Position numbers and translations under genes: made by a program
Notes under the pieces: model-generated
Database searches by the model: none
The model's input: the letters and a program-made list of their open reading frames with translations, nothing else
What the model was told of the DNA's origin: nothing
Shown: one piece after another, positions 46,841-60,365 of the stretch
Position numbering within the stretch: the first letter of the stretch is position 1
Layout: the number at the start of each line of letters is the position of its first letter
From: the human T2T-CHM13v2.0 reference genome, Homo sapiens
Direction: 5' to 3' (one strand)
Assembly: GCF_009914755.1 (NCBI RefSeq)
Contig: NC_060925.1
Length of the DNA: 64,000 bases

Positions 46841-48606
46841 ATTTTTTTCTAAGAAGCCCAACCATGGAAAGATCTTTTGATATAAATAACATACTGAAAA
46901 AATAATCTCACTATACCTATTCCCAATAAAACCTTTTCCAAAAACATGAAGTCAGAAAATATGCTATTACTGGATGCCACTAGGTACCACTTCTTAAAAT
47001 ATTTTGCATTCTACTATTCTTTGTTTGAGTAGATAAGAAAGGTACTGTGTCCTTTTAATTTATGAGGACTTCAACCAATAATTAGGGCAATGACCAAAAA
47101 AGGAAAGTAAGAACTTATCTAATCTTTACGTCAACCCATCAGGTGACATAGCTATATGGAAGTTACTTAATATCCTCATTAAAAGTGATAGAGAAAAGAA
47201 GATCAAAAAGTTTACTAGCAAGATTATGATCTCATATGAACCTGAGATTATATTAATCTGTAGAGGACAAAGGCATTAGTAGGAATCACACCTAATAAGT
47301 CTTTATAAGTTAAAAGAAAAATTAGATTCCCATGATGACTGGTTCTAATTATATTAATATGACACTCAACTTTGAGAGACTAACCCCTGTAAAATGGGAA
47401 ACTGTTATTAATCACAAAACTTAAACTTTGTGTGCATTAACTATAAAATGATTTTAAATAGACCACTCAATATGTTTCAGTTTGAGAGGTTATGAAAAAG
47501 TATTCTATAATTTGACCAGAAAGTGTTATATTATGAGATTCTTTAAATATATAATCATAGACTTGCTCAAACATGTTTCATTTTGGGGTGGGGGTAATTC
47601 ATAATCATCTAAAGCAATTTAAAGCATTTTTGATTGATTACAATTTGAGATAGAATTTTTTTTTTCATTTCTAAAACACTCAGTTTCTCAGATCAGCAAA
47701 TCCTGTTTTAGACTAAAATTTAGTGCCATTTCTGGAATGAGAGGAGAAAAAACTATTTAACTAACTTATACCTCTTTATGTGTAGGCAGCACCAACAAAT
47801 CCTTTAACTCAGCAGTTACAAGAAATCCCTATGAACTTTTCAAAGCTGAATAACTTTAGCATTTCCACTTTCTTCTTTAAATAGCCAGCAGCCAACATTC
47901 AGAATGAACTGCTAAATTCCTATATAACGAGAAAAAGGTTGTTTCTAATATCAATTGCTTTTATCTCGATTTCATGTCACTCAGAAATGTTCACAGTTGA
48001 AAACAACTTTTAAAAACACACTTAACAGCAATGGCCTATCTTTTCAAAGTATTTGTGGCTGAATTAGGAACAATCTGAAAATAAAGCCCAACAACTGAAA
48101 TAAGTCCTCTAACTTGATAGTTTCAAGAGACCAAAATCTCCTACTATAATATTGCAAGAGTAGAAGTATAGGTTTTCCCCTAGCTATTGTTCCCTTTAGA
48201 AGCACTAAATACCTTCTTGCTTCATAATGATTTTATAACAATGGAATACCAAGCCATAGTAAATAGTTTTTTAATAGCTACTCCAAAAGCCTTGTAAACT
48301 CTCTACAGCTCTGTTTGCAAAGGCATTGCAGAAGCTAATCACCTTGCAACTATTCTACAACGTGACACATATTTACCGCATATGCCCTACAGAATGAAAT
48401 CAAAGACGTAAACTTCAAATCAGGGTCAGATCACAAAATCCAACAGGAGGACATATCACAGATAGACGAGGACAAGTAACAGACATTAGAGCAGTACCGC
48501 AAGCATGCGGCCCATAATCAACTTGGTTTATTTCTATAATGATGAGAAGGTCTTGTTTAATGGAAAAGTACCCAGACATACTTTGAGAATGTATGTGGAT
48601 ACTGAC

Positions 48607-48648
48607 CTGGACTTGTGACAGGACTAGAGGTAGTAGGTTCAATAATTT
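48607..48648 (-). CDS. NEGR1: 42-nt cassette microexon (phase 1/1) encoding (Q)IIEPTTSSPVTSP(A); probable NEGR1 alternative stalk exon
   Basis: Minus strand: tttttcttttctttccttttccctttttgtAG | AAATTATTGAACCTACTACCTCTAGTCCTGTCACAAGTCCAG | GTcagt. Length divisible by 3, no stop in phase 1, Ser/Thr/Pro-rich. The peptide matches my recollection of NEGR1 isoforms ...PLN-QIIEPTTSSPVTSPA-PSTAQ... (not verified by search). Confidence 0.75.
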
Positions 48649-51600
48649 CTACAAAAAGGGAAAAGGAAAGAAAAGAAAAACATTTTGTGTATTAATCATA
48701 CATAAAAGACAAACACTCATGAGACAATCAACAGTCATGCAACATATACACAGATGGTCTTTGATATGAAGACTTCCCTGACCGTGGACACAATTGACCA
48801 AAATCCAATTTTATGAGGTTTACACAACACCCCATCACTGACTTTGATATTAGGCCATCTTTCATTCTGAGGCAACATTTAGGAGTCATTTCCATATCCT
48901 AGACTATAGCATCAAGCTCTGCTGTGCTAAGGTTAAAGACATGCCCTTAGAATTCCCAATCAACAGTTTATAAGGTTTTCTTATAGTAAAATATTAAAAC
49001 CTACATGTAGAATGTCTTCCTCTTAGAGGATGTCAGTTCCCTAAAAAGTCTTTCAATCATGTTGTTTCTTAATATGTTCTATAAATAAAAATCATTGATA
49101 AAGCTCAAATTGCCCCAAAATAACTTTTCAAAGGTAAAATCTCATTATTCACTAACATACCTCCAAACTTGGCCACATAGAGGACCAATTATATCTGCTT
49201 TTATGTTTTTGTGTAGAAAGTAAATATACACACACATGCACATATCCCTATACATCTCACACATATACACACAAACATGTACATGTTTTAAATTACCTGG
49301 AATATATTTGTGTGTCTACAAGGCACTGTTGGCTATGTCTCAGGCAAATCAAAGGATATCTGTGTCAGTGGAATATCAATATAATTTTCCAGCAAATATC
49401 TAACAAATAAATTCTATGGTATTTTAAACAATGTATATAGTTGTATTTAAGATTTCTATTTTTAAACTTATCTTCTTAATAGAATTGTTTCTTTTGAAGT
49501 GTTAAATGATGGTGATAATAAAAGTACCAGTGATACAAAGACTAAACACCATCACTGGCAATGCTAAAGGATATTAACAATTTTTCATAAGGAATAAAGC
49601 AAATACCAGAAAAACATTGCATTTTTGAGAAACTCTAATGTAGTAGCCTGAGATCCTTAATTCAGCACTCATTTCACATAAATAATCTACTCCTTTTTAA
49701 CTTAGTTAATAAGGAAATTCTATAATAGTAAGAAAACCAGATTAGATTCTTAAAACTTCACACAGCGAGTGTGGCAGTGGGAAGTAAAAGCAAAGATTCT
49801 TATGTAAAATCTTGCCTTGGGACTCTCCTCTGTTCAACTATGTTCCCATGACATACAAGAAATGTTGCTGAGCAAAAAACATGCAAACAAACAAAACTAC
49901 AACCCCTCCCTCTTTAAAAAAAATTTCCAGTCCCTTTGGAACTCTTGGTTTTTCTCTGAAAAGGCAGTGGCAATGACCTATTCCAGTTAATAGTGAACTC
50001 ACATTCCTTCCTTTTTAGTCGAACTATTGGTTTGAATAATAAAACCCTAGTTTAGCAGTAGTTATAAAATAAGCTGTCCAAAAGACATCTTTTGTGGGTA
50101 TGTGGGAGACTAAAGTTTACATGTGTCCCGTTCTGCAGGGCTGATTCTTTGGGCCCTTTTCTGACTGTTCTGGGCCATGGATCATGCTGCCTAGCTGACA
50201 GCCAACAGGATCATAGTCTAAGTTACAACAGATCTGGCATGAAAGAATATACTTTTGAAGAAAGATACTCTCAAATGGAAAATAATTAATTGCATAACAA
50301 GCTACAATTAAAAATTCAAAAGTCCAGTCATCTATCAGACATTGCAATTTGTTGTTATTGAGAAGTAGAATCTTACTAAGGAGAGTCTGTATTAGACTAC
50401 TTAACGATGTGAGAATTATTCCATTTTCCATTTGCAAGGATAGCAATTATTATATTCACAAATAATATTTAAATTCCTTGTATGTGTCAAGCAATATTCT
50501 AGGAGCTGAAATCATAGGAGCTAATAAAACAGTTAGAAATGCCAGGCCTCATGGGGCTTATTGACTATAAAATGTCAGGTTTCAAAATGTGAGAGCATTC
50601 TTATCCCCAAATTCCATTATTTATAAAAATTTAACAAAATTTTAAATAAAAAATTATATCAGAGAAATGATGTTCTAATGAACACTGTCCTTTTGGTGGG
50701 CTAGCAATAGTCTCTTAAAATTTTTTTGTGACTATTATACTTTTATTTTTAAAAATGAACTTCAAAATAATTAAAATTTATGTTAAATTAGTTTAATGCT
50801 ATATAATACATCGTAATTTATAGAGTATGCACTCAAATGAAAACATTTTATAATTCAAAAAAATGAAAGCATAAAATGGCTTGAAAGGTAGAAGTTTAAT
50901 CAGAATATTTATTGATGGGAAAACTAAATTTAATGGGACAGTGAACAGGCTTTTCTATGTTCCGTAACTTGGACATGTGATCTTCAATTTCCTCGACTGT
51001 TTGGCTCCCATTGTTTTGAATTTCTAATGCTGATTTGAGAGTTCATTGAAAAAGACGGGTGGCATACAACTACAACTTCATCTCAATAAAAGGATAGTAG
51101 AAACAAATAGCTATCCCAATGAACCAAGCTCTTCTTTGTACTTGCTTATGTAGAGCTAAATTGCTTATGTAAAGCCACATTGTCTCATAGAAAGGCTTTT
51201 AAAAGAATACAGGAATTTACTGCATAAAAAATTATGTTGCGTGCAGGATCCACTCTATAATTTCAGCTTCACAGTCAATCCAAGATTTTTTTCCCCACGT
51301 AGGCCAAGATAAAGTAGAATTCCTGGCGAGGTAATTTTATGTAAAACAAGAATTGAGAATAGAGAAGTTGGTTGAGTTGGAGATTCATGGTTGCACACAG
51401 GGCTAGATGAGGATGAAGCAGAAGAGAAACCAAAGTGAGATCAAAACAAAGAGATTTGGAAAAGCTGGTGCTACAGGCAGTAGATGATGACAGTCAGCTA
51501 GATTCCTTGATGTGAGATAGTTCAGTGAGTTAGAAAGGACTCAGATAAAATAGGGATCAGATCTTAAACCTAACTAATTATTTCACTGCATGGTAGAAAG

Positions 51601-51970
51601 CAAGTTAATGAATCTCTCCAACCCCTAGTGTCGTCATTTATCTAATTTGGATAACAGTTCCTATTTTATAGGGTTTGGAAGGATTAAAGACACTGTACTT
51701 TATATAAACAACCAAGTGAGAGTGAGTAAATGTAGTTATTTCTTATTATTACTTATAGAAGTGAATGGAAAAATTTGCATATGAAACAATGAAGAAGAAA
51801 TTAAGCAGACTGTTAGACTTAAGGGAAAATTCAACCTTACCAAGTAGAAGCAAAGAAGAATGGCATGAGTAAGGAAACTATATAATTAACAAAATTCTAC
51901 CTACGATGTAGACATTGATTTTTTCCAATTATAACATGGTGAATATATTGTGTTTTAGGGTAATTATTTG

Positions 51971-52361
51971 TGCCATGGCTTGCATATGGTATGTTTTGCT
52001 TCACCAAGTTCCATGTTGAAATTTGATGCCCATGGTGTTTGGGCTACGGAAGTGGATCCCTCGTGGATGGCTTGATGAAATTCTCTCAGGAGTGAGTGAG
52101 TTTTCACTATTCCCACAAGAAGTGGTTGTTGAAAAGAGCCGGGAATCTTAGGCCTGCTCCCTCTTGCCATGTGATCTCTTCACACACTGGGTCCCTTTCA
52201 CCCTCTGCCATGAGTGGAAGCAACTTGAGACCTCATAAATGCAGATGCTGGTACCATGCTTCTTGCATAGCCTGCAGAATCACAAGCCAAATAAAACTCT
52301 TTTCTTTGTAAATTATCTAGCCGCAGGTATTCCTTTACAGCAACATAAATGGACTAGGACA
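51971..52361 (+). mobile_element. MST-type (MSTB/C-like) MaLR solo LTR
   Basis: Start 'tgccatggcttg', core 'ctcttgccatgtgatctc', AATAAA, end 'aatggactaggaca'; TSD atttg/atttt. Confidence 0.85.
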
Positions 52362-52839
52362 ATTTTGGGAGTCATACTGGTTGCTAGAAGATAACTATAG
52401 AATCCAGAGTATTTTTAACAGTTCTGATTCATGTAAAAGTTTAGAGTATAAATTTATAGATCAAGATCTTAAAATTTTTGTGAAGGACAAATGCACTCCT
52501 AAAATGGGAATTTTGTGCCAAATTACAGGCATGTATTTTTAACACATCCAAGAAATATTTAAAATTAAACTTTCTCCCTTTATATCTCTAAACAGATCAG
52601 AATGATCCCACTGACTTAATATAGTCAAGCTCTTTTGTTAAAGAAAATAATGATATTTTATTACTGAGAAAATACATTGTAGGTAATAGTTGAAACTAAC
52701 TAGAGCCAATAAATCTACTATAGATTTCCTTATACTATTCAGAGTTCATTGATTCAGTATTTCAGAAACTACTTATTGAACAGCTGTTGTAACAAGTCAT
52801 TATTATAATTACATTAATTACAATTCTGAGAATTATCTA

Positions 52840-53060
52840 ACTCCTACTATGTAACAAACACAGTCCTAAATGTTTTACATATATTAATTCATTTCCTCCC
52901 CTCAACAACTATGAGGTAGATATGAGCATTAATTCCCCTTTTACAAATAAGATAATGGGGCACAGAGAGATTAAATATCTTGTCCATAGTCACACATGTA
53001 ATAAGGAGTAGAGATGAGAGAAATACTATGCTAGGATGTCTTAGCATCCCATTCTCTACC
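52840..53060 (-). mobile_element. MIR SINE
   Basis: 'caacaactatgaggtag...ccccttttacaaataagataatggggcacagagagattaaatatcttgtccatagtcacac'. Confidence 0.8.
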
Positions 53061-54754
53061 TTCCAGAAGAAATATCCTATTAACATTCATTATATCTATA
53101 ATTACTTAAATGGGGACATTCCTATGCAAGGGATCATATAAGACTTCAGTACTAGTAGCTTTTTCAATAATAGGGTCTTTTTATTAAAGGTACCTAATAA
53201 GTGAGTAGCTTTTGTCACCAAAACTGGAAGAGAGGCAAATTCAATGTTAATTCCTGGAGATTTCTATCATAATGGACTTTGCAGGACAAAAGAGTTTACA
53301 CACAATTTTCCAATCTTGTTCTCACATTTTAAGCCAACACCAAATACAGCTATCTGCTTCTGTATAAGCCTTGATGCCATAGAGGGACAACTCGTCTGAT
53401 AGTTCAGAGGATGTTAGCATAACAGAATTACACAATTAAATAAGCATCATGAACTTGTAAACCCTTATTCTGTTAAAACAGTAGTTTAACCAGAAATTAC
53501 TTAGCTTTCAAGAACTTTGTTGTTTTTATATGGATTGGTTTTTGAGCTCCTGTTTTGTCATTGGAGTCATTAACTTGTAAGCAGTGAAATATTCTTCACG
53601 AGGTGCCAAGTAGGCTTTTCTGATGAGCAACAGTAAAGGTCCTCAGTGAGATTTTCTTATGGGTCTTATTATGTGGAGAATCAGAGTGAGCATGCCAAGG
53701 CTAATGGTGGAATATATCACTGTGGGCTATTTGCATTACTGTGGGGAATGACCTTAGCAAAGGGATAGTTTTAATTGTACATAAAACAGAGGTGAAGAGA
53801 AGTTCACCAAGACAGACATTTTCAATAGTTATGTGGGAAAATAAGGTATCATGTAAAATAACATTTTACTTCCTTAGTAAATGTAATTTTGGCCAGATAG
53901 AAGGAAATTCCATTAAAACAAGGTATTGAGGAAACCATGTGTTACAAGAAGGAACCATTTGTAATGGCCCTCTCTATAGACTACATTAATGATTGTTTTA
54001 TAACTCTGCACACACGATATATTATTAAAATTGTTCAGTATCAAAACACTTCATTTCTATGTATTTTGGAAGGTTACATTTGGTTTCTAGGTTGTTATTT
54101 TATCTTTATGTTATTATACAGTAGAGGTGTGTGTGAGTTATCTTTTAGACTGTTGAGAGATAACATGATTGTGTTATTGAGACACAGCAGAAATTAATCC
54201 TTTTGGTTGCCGTGGTTTCATCTGAAAGCTCTGACTCCCAGTCATTGTGGAGTGGAAGCAATGTCATTTTCACAGTAGAATGAGAGTGGGTTGCCCTGGA
54301 ATGACCAAGGTTAGTGCTGATGAAGCCTCAGAAGACAAACTGTGAGCTAAGTTAGACACAGAAGGCAAAGAAGGTTACCCTTACTTTTCACCTTTATGAG
54401 AAGGCCCATAAAGTATATGCCAAGCCTCTTAGAGCACTGGAATAGCAGAGGCTTCGTGCATGGAGTACAATTTAGAAATCACACTTTTGCCCTAAGCAGA
54501 AGAAATACATGATCTGTGAACTTTCATGTATTTATAGCTAACATCAGAGTACACAAGTTATTACTGTCTAATACAGACAGCACTGTCCTGGAAGTCAGAA
54601 GACTCAGATTCCATCCCATCTGGTGATCTTAGGTGTGTGACTCTAACCGAAGCTCCAGACTTCATTTTTCTTATACATTACTAATAGGTTATAATAGTTG
54701 GTTCAAATACTTCACTAGGTTACTTTTGTTTCCATCACATGGTTGTTGTTTAAA

Positions 54755-54985
54755 GGATGGTTTAGCATAGTGGTTGATAATAGAGTTTCTGGAGGAAACT
54801 TACTTAGCATCAAATCCTGGCTCCAGTACTTAGGAGCCACTCATTTTCTCTAAGTTTGTGCAATTATTCAATGGAGATAATGATGATATCTACCACTCAA
54901 CATTGTAGTGAGGTTAAATGAGACAATGCATACAAATCACTTAGCAAATAAGCATCACTCTATAAATGTTAGCTTATTTTCTAAT
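54755..54985 (+). mobile_element. MIR SINE
   Basis: 'tagcatagtggtt...caaatcctggctccagtactta...gtgaggttaaatgagacaatgcatacaaatcacttagc'. Confidence 0.75.
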
Positions 54986-56461
54986 TGAAATTACTTTAAA
55001 ATCATCACAGCATTATGAATATTTCATCTTGTAAGTGACTATCATATAATTCAGCCTTAAAAGTAATTTTTTTCCCTCAAGAAAACCATTTCTATTAATC
55101 TACTAAACAGATTGCCAAAAAATATTTCTGAATGTTTGCAAAGGAAAGCCTACGAAGGAAAACATTAGCTGCACTCGGCCACCAAAATTTCACTGTGACT
55201 TAACAAATGCACAAGATAGACTGCATTTATTTTGTAGAGGAAGTTTTTTGTCCCTACATGCAGCTATTGTTTGGAGGTGTTCGAGTAGATGTGTGTATAT
55301 GATGGAGTAAAGGAAGATTCACAGAGGGCTAAGGATTACAGTGTTCCTATACGTATCTCTGTATATATATACCTCCAGTATTCATTTGAAGAAAAAGTCC
55401 AATGTCAAAACTAAGAAAAGATGCGTGTTTATTATCATCCTGGTAAATATCCTGAGACAGTATAAATATTGCCATACTTAATAGGTCAAAACTACTTTGA
55501 ATAAAAAAAATCCTCTTAGTTAATCAAAAGCCAATTCTGGTTTGAGTTAGAAAAACATCGTTTGTAGTAAAAAAGAAGTACTGATAACAACTGGTGCATT
55601 TCTATGCTTAATAAAATTAATAAAATAACTTTATACTTATATTCAAAGTTGCTCCAATATATTTTCCTACCTGCTGAGATTTGAAAGAATGATTTGGAAG
55701 TATTTTGGTCCAGGCTATGAATTACAACCAACCAAAATGTTTATCCCAGACTTCTAGGTATGTTTCTATCTACTTCAGTAAATAGAGCATTAAGTCAAAA
55801 GCGCATTGAAGAACTTTGGGTTTTAGTGAATATTTCATACAGCACTCTGAGGCTAAAGACTGACTTTCATAATTGTGTAGATACTAATCTCTGGAAAAGA
55901 TCTGATGAGAGTGTGGTATTATTTTCTTCCATTATCACAGAAGAATAAATGTCTTAGTTTTCAGCAAACTCACTTGGTTTTCTCTCTAATACAAATTAGA
56001 ATGTAAATAAAAATAAAGGGAATGTGGTCAAGGATACAACAAGAATCCAACAGAAACTGATAGGTTTATAAAAGTCCATTGTATTGATGCCATGCAAAGA
56101 AAGGCAGGGCCTAGATACCTGGTAATTAAGAGTCGGACTGTTTATTTCCTTATACCTAGAAAACCCTCATTACTCCTAGGAACTGAATTACAACCTGTTA
56201 GCTCTTTCCAGTTCTTCCTCATGTATGATTATAGAGAGGAATGGCTTTTAGTTATTGCTTCTGATTTTTTTGTTTTGGCTGGAGTATTGACAGATCTCCA
56301 AGGGCTTAGCAAAAGACCCTATGCTTTGAGACACCCATTCCACAGATTAACACATTACTCATCAGTTTGACATGCTGAATCTAAAAGGGGATTTGGCAAA
56401 TTCAAATCGGCACTCTAACTAAGACTTAGTCATATGAGGTATGTCGTTAATGCTTGGAATC

Positions 56462-56873
56462 TGTATCAGACTGTTAAGGTATTGTTATAAAGAAATACCT
56501 GAGACTGGGTAATTTATAAAGAAAATAGGTTTAATTGGCTAATGGTTCTGCAGGCTATACAGGAAGCGTGGCACTGGCATCTGCTTGGATTCTAGGGAGG
56601 CCTCAAGGATCTTTTATTTAGGGTGGAAGGCAAAACGGGAGCAGACACATCATCACATGGTGAGAACGGGAGCAAAGGAGAGAGAGTGAAGGTCGGGGAG
56701 CCACACACTTTTAGAAGACAAGATCTCATGAGAACTCACTATTGCAAAGACAGCACCAAGCCATGAGGGATCCACCCCCATGATCAAAACACCTCCACCC
56801 GGCCCCACCTCCAGCACTGGGAATTACAATTCAACATGAGATTTAAGCGGGGACAAATATCCAAACTATATCA
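56462..56873 (-). mobile_element. MSTA-like MaLR solo LTR inserted into a MIR
   Basis: 'ataaagaaatacctgagactgggtaatttataaag...ccaaactatatca'; perfect 5-bp TSD GAATC (56457-56461 / 56874-56878). Confidence 0.9.
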
Positions 56874-57822
56874 GAATCAGACAGACCTGGTTACAGGTCT
56901 CTGCCATAAACTAGCTGTGATATATTTTGTAGGTCATTGATTGTAGGAAAGGTTTTTTTTAAAAAAAGAATATCCAAGATGAGAGATCTAGCACAGTGAC
57001 TGGCATATACAGGTAGATACCAATTTTTGTATCTCTCATTTCTGACCTGGGTCCACAATTTCTGACATAATAGAAGAAAGCCCTTAATTTCTAGCCATGC
57101 TTAGGCCTTATTTGAGAAGCACATATTAGACGACTGACAAATAAAGAAGCTGAAAACAAGTAATGAAAAGGCAGCTTGAGGGTGGAAGACAGATATCCCT
57201 GGAGTATTGGCTTTACATTTTGGGGATATATAAATAGTAAGTCGACCTGCTGAGCAGCATGAAATGGTCTACAATGGCAAACTCTCTGACAACGAAGGAT
57301 GCTACGGGACATGCGTTATAGGCATTAAATGAAGTTTCACTTCATGCAGTTTCTGTAAGCCAGGTGGGTAAGGACAGATTCAACATGGAACAGCAGGAAC
57401 AGAACGGGCTGTCAGAATATGCATTATTACAGTTGTCTCAGCGCTGTACTTGAAGCAATGTAGCAGCAATGCAGCTTTCTGGGAAACCAATGCCAGCAGA
57501 AAACCAGGCCTGCCAAAGAGCAGCTGTACTATTGGCTCAGTTAAGAAAAAATACCAAAGGCCAGGAGCAAAGCCATGAAGGGTGACCAGGGAGGCTTTCC
57601 TACAGAAGAGCTGTTCGATCATTGCCACACTGACAAATCAGATTATTCTGGACTTATTTATTCCTTTTTCAATGCACCTTTGAGTGTATTCCATTTTCCT
57701 GACACTATTCTAAGTGCTGTTGATACAAGAGTGAATAAGAAATTCTCTGTAAAATGTATTGTAACGGAGACCATAAATAAAAACAACAAAACAATTACAT
57801 AATTGACACTATTGGTGGGAAA

Positions 57823-57938
57823 TATGGTAGGAAATATGAAAAATAAGTCCTGGTGGTAGGAACTGTGAAAAATAAGTCCAAGGTACTTCTATGATAACAC
57901 TATGGTAGGAACTATGAAAAATAAGTCCAAGGTGCTTC
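57823..57938 (+). repeat. Three imperfect copies of a 26-38-bp unit inside an L2 fragment
   Basis: tggtaggaa(a/c)t(a/g)tgaaaaataagtcc in copies beginning near 57823, 57854 and 57901. Confidence 0.9.
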
Positions 57939-60169
57939 AGAAGCATGAAGCCGGGGAACCTCTCATGGTCAAGGTGTTGGAAAAAGCCTCTCTGAGAACT
58001 GCCATACTAAACCTTAGTTTCCATATTCGAATCATATGCTCTGTCCAGGCTGGTGACAGACAACACCAGAAGGGGAAGTCAGATGGATTCTTTGCTGGTA
58101 CGAGCCTGTTGACAAGTTTAGCAACAGCACATTCTGTACTAGGCAATGCTGTTGAGAATATGAGATGTTGACAGGGCATGAACAGAGAGGTACTAAGGTA
58201 AATGATTCCAGCTATAGGCAGAGGATGTTACAGCCTGATGAAATTTTAGAGGGCATTCTGATTCCATCAGTTCCTCCTATTGAGAAGGAAAATGAGGGCC
58301 CAGCAGATACAGTGATATGCCCAAATCATACAGCCAGTATACTGCAGGGATGGAATTAGAAGCCTGGCCTTTTCACTCCCAATCGAGTGACAATGAAGAA
58401 GAAAATCTTTGCAATGTTTCACCACAACAACATTACTCTAAATATGACAAATCAGCAAGAGCCAAGTGTTTTTAGCAATATGCCAGGGCAGGTGGTATCA
58501 TAATGTCACTCCTATGATAACATTTGCTCCTCATAACTCCATGATGCAATGAGAGCAAGTGACTAAAGATTAAGAGCTCCACAAGCAATTTTTCCTGATC
58601 CAACCAATTCTGGAGCACATTTAACTTTGGAAAAAATTGCCACTCTCAGACTGACCTGAACAAGTACAACTGTGTGTACGTATATATAGCGGAATGTAAG
58701 GTGAATACATACATACACATACATATGTGTGTGTATGTGATATGACATGAGTATGTATATATGACATGAAAAACCACTTTTGCTTATGTAGTTCCTGTCT
58801 TTCTCACTAGACTGTAAGCTTCATAAAGCCAGGAACTGTTTTACTATTTTATTCTCAATAACTGAAACAGTCTTGGCAAATGGTAGGTACTCAGTAAATA
58901 TTTACTAGATAAATGAAAAAACACATACACAATTGCAAATATGTATGTTTTGGTGTGGACATTTGTACATTCTTACATCATGTGCTTGTGACAACCCCCC
59001 AAAATCTGCTGGTAACAGGAGGATTCATGGAGAGTAGTAGTCACACACCCCAACCAAACATTTTCATAGTTGATATCAGATCTCAAGATGGTAAGAGTTC
59101 TATTACGAAGTGCCAATAAAAGCCTCAGCTTGATCTGCGTATAAAACCCTTCTTAAAAAGTTAAAGCAGTTTCTATTATGCAAATTGAAATAGTAGAGTC
59201 TGACCAAGATATGTGCTTTCCTGACCATATCATAATTTTTAAATGTTTTATTCTCCTGCTATTTAGTTACAAAATGATTCCTTATCAACAGAAAGAAAAC
59301 ATAATGTGGGAGGGCATAATGAGTTGGACCTAAGTGTATCCTAATTGCACAATTCACTGTACATACATAAAAGAAATATGTGATTTCAGTAAAGTTTGAT
59401 TTTAGAGAACAAACTGGTATCAAACTCAACACATCTAGGTTTTGCTTGGTCTAGATCTTCTAGTAGATATTAATATAAAAAACTTTAATAGTCCCCTTAA
59501 ATTTATTCATTTGAGAAAAATCTCAGTTATGACCAAGTCTTGTACCAAATTACATCTTTCAGTGAAGAAAGTGATTCTTATGCCTACAACATTAAACTCT
59601 TGGAAAATGAATCCAGGAAAAAGCACTAAGTGGTTAAGTTGGATAGAATGTTTAGCCATTAAAACCATATGAGGTTTTAGGCCTTATATGAAGTCAAAAC
59701 TTTTTTTTTAACATTATTTGTTTGTTTGACTTCCTTGTCCCCTGCAGCTGTTTATGAGGAAGATGTATTCATTGAGGCAACTGCCAGAAACCAACCTTAT
59801 CTAGATACTGCCTTGTGAAATGCAGTCACTTTTGAGATTTTCTCCAACCTGTAGGCTTTCCGTTCCTTCCAGCTCACTAAATATTTCAACTATTTGCTGA
59901 AATAGTATATGTTTTAGGTGATATCTGTTTAATGTTTATTTATCTAAATCATTTAAGTAGTATATATTTTTTGCTAAATTAATATTAGTTTTGCATCAAA
60001 AGTGTCTAGGGGCAAGGGTGATAGGAGAAAAAACATATTTTTGATAGAGGCTGCAAACCTTGGGTTTGGGAACAGGTACTGTCATTTACTAGTTTGGTAA
60101 TTTTGGTCTAGTCACAAATGCTTTGAGTTCCACTTTGTCACTGAGAAAATCTAAGTAATATCTGCCTAC

Positions 60170-60365
60170 TTTATCTAACAGTGTGACATTGAGTAAATTA
60201 AATACTTTCTCTGGGCTACAGTTTACTAACCTAAAAAACAGGGAAAATAATAACTTGCCTCATGAGGTGATTGTGAAAATGAAGTAACTTTTGTAAAGAT
60301 TTTAGTAATTTTTGTAAAGATCTTAGTGCCTGGCACATAAAAAACATTATAAAGTTAGTATTATT
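60170..60365 (+). mobile_element. MIR SINE
   Basis: 'gtgtgacattgagtaaattaaatactttctctgggctacagttt...cttagtgcctggcacata'. Confidence 0.7.

Noticed and set aside
49297-49315. Possible minus-strand 19-nt microexon (tgccttgtag|...CAG|gtaatt) with a downstream TGCATG
   Set aside because: No real polypyrimidine tract, AGs just upstream, and a frameshifting length.
38888-57938. Short direct-repeat clusters as CRISPR-like arrays
   Set aside because: Only 2-3 copies each, no regular unique spacers, no cas genes, and the DNA is clearly human.
51142-60324. Small tandem duplications at 51142-51175 and 60283-60324
   Set aside because: Ordinary 15-21-bp slippage duplications with no functional motif.
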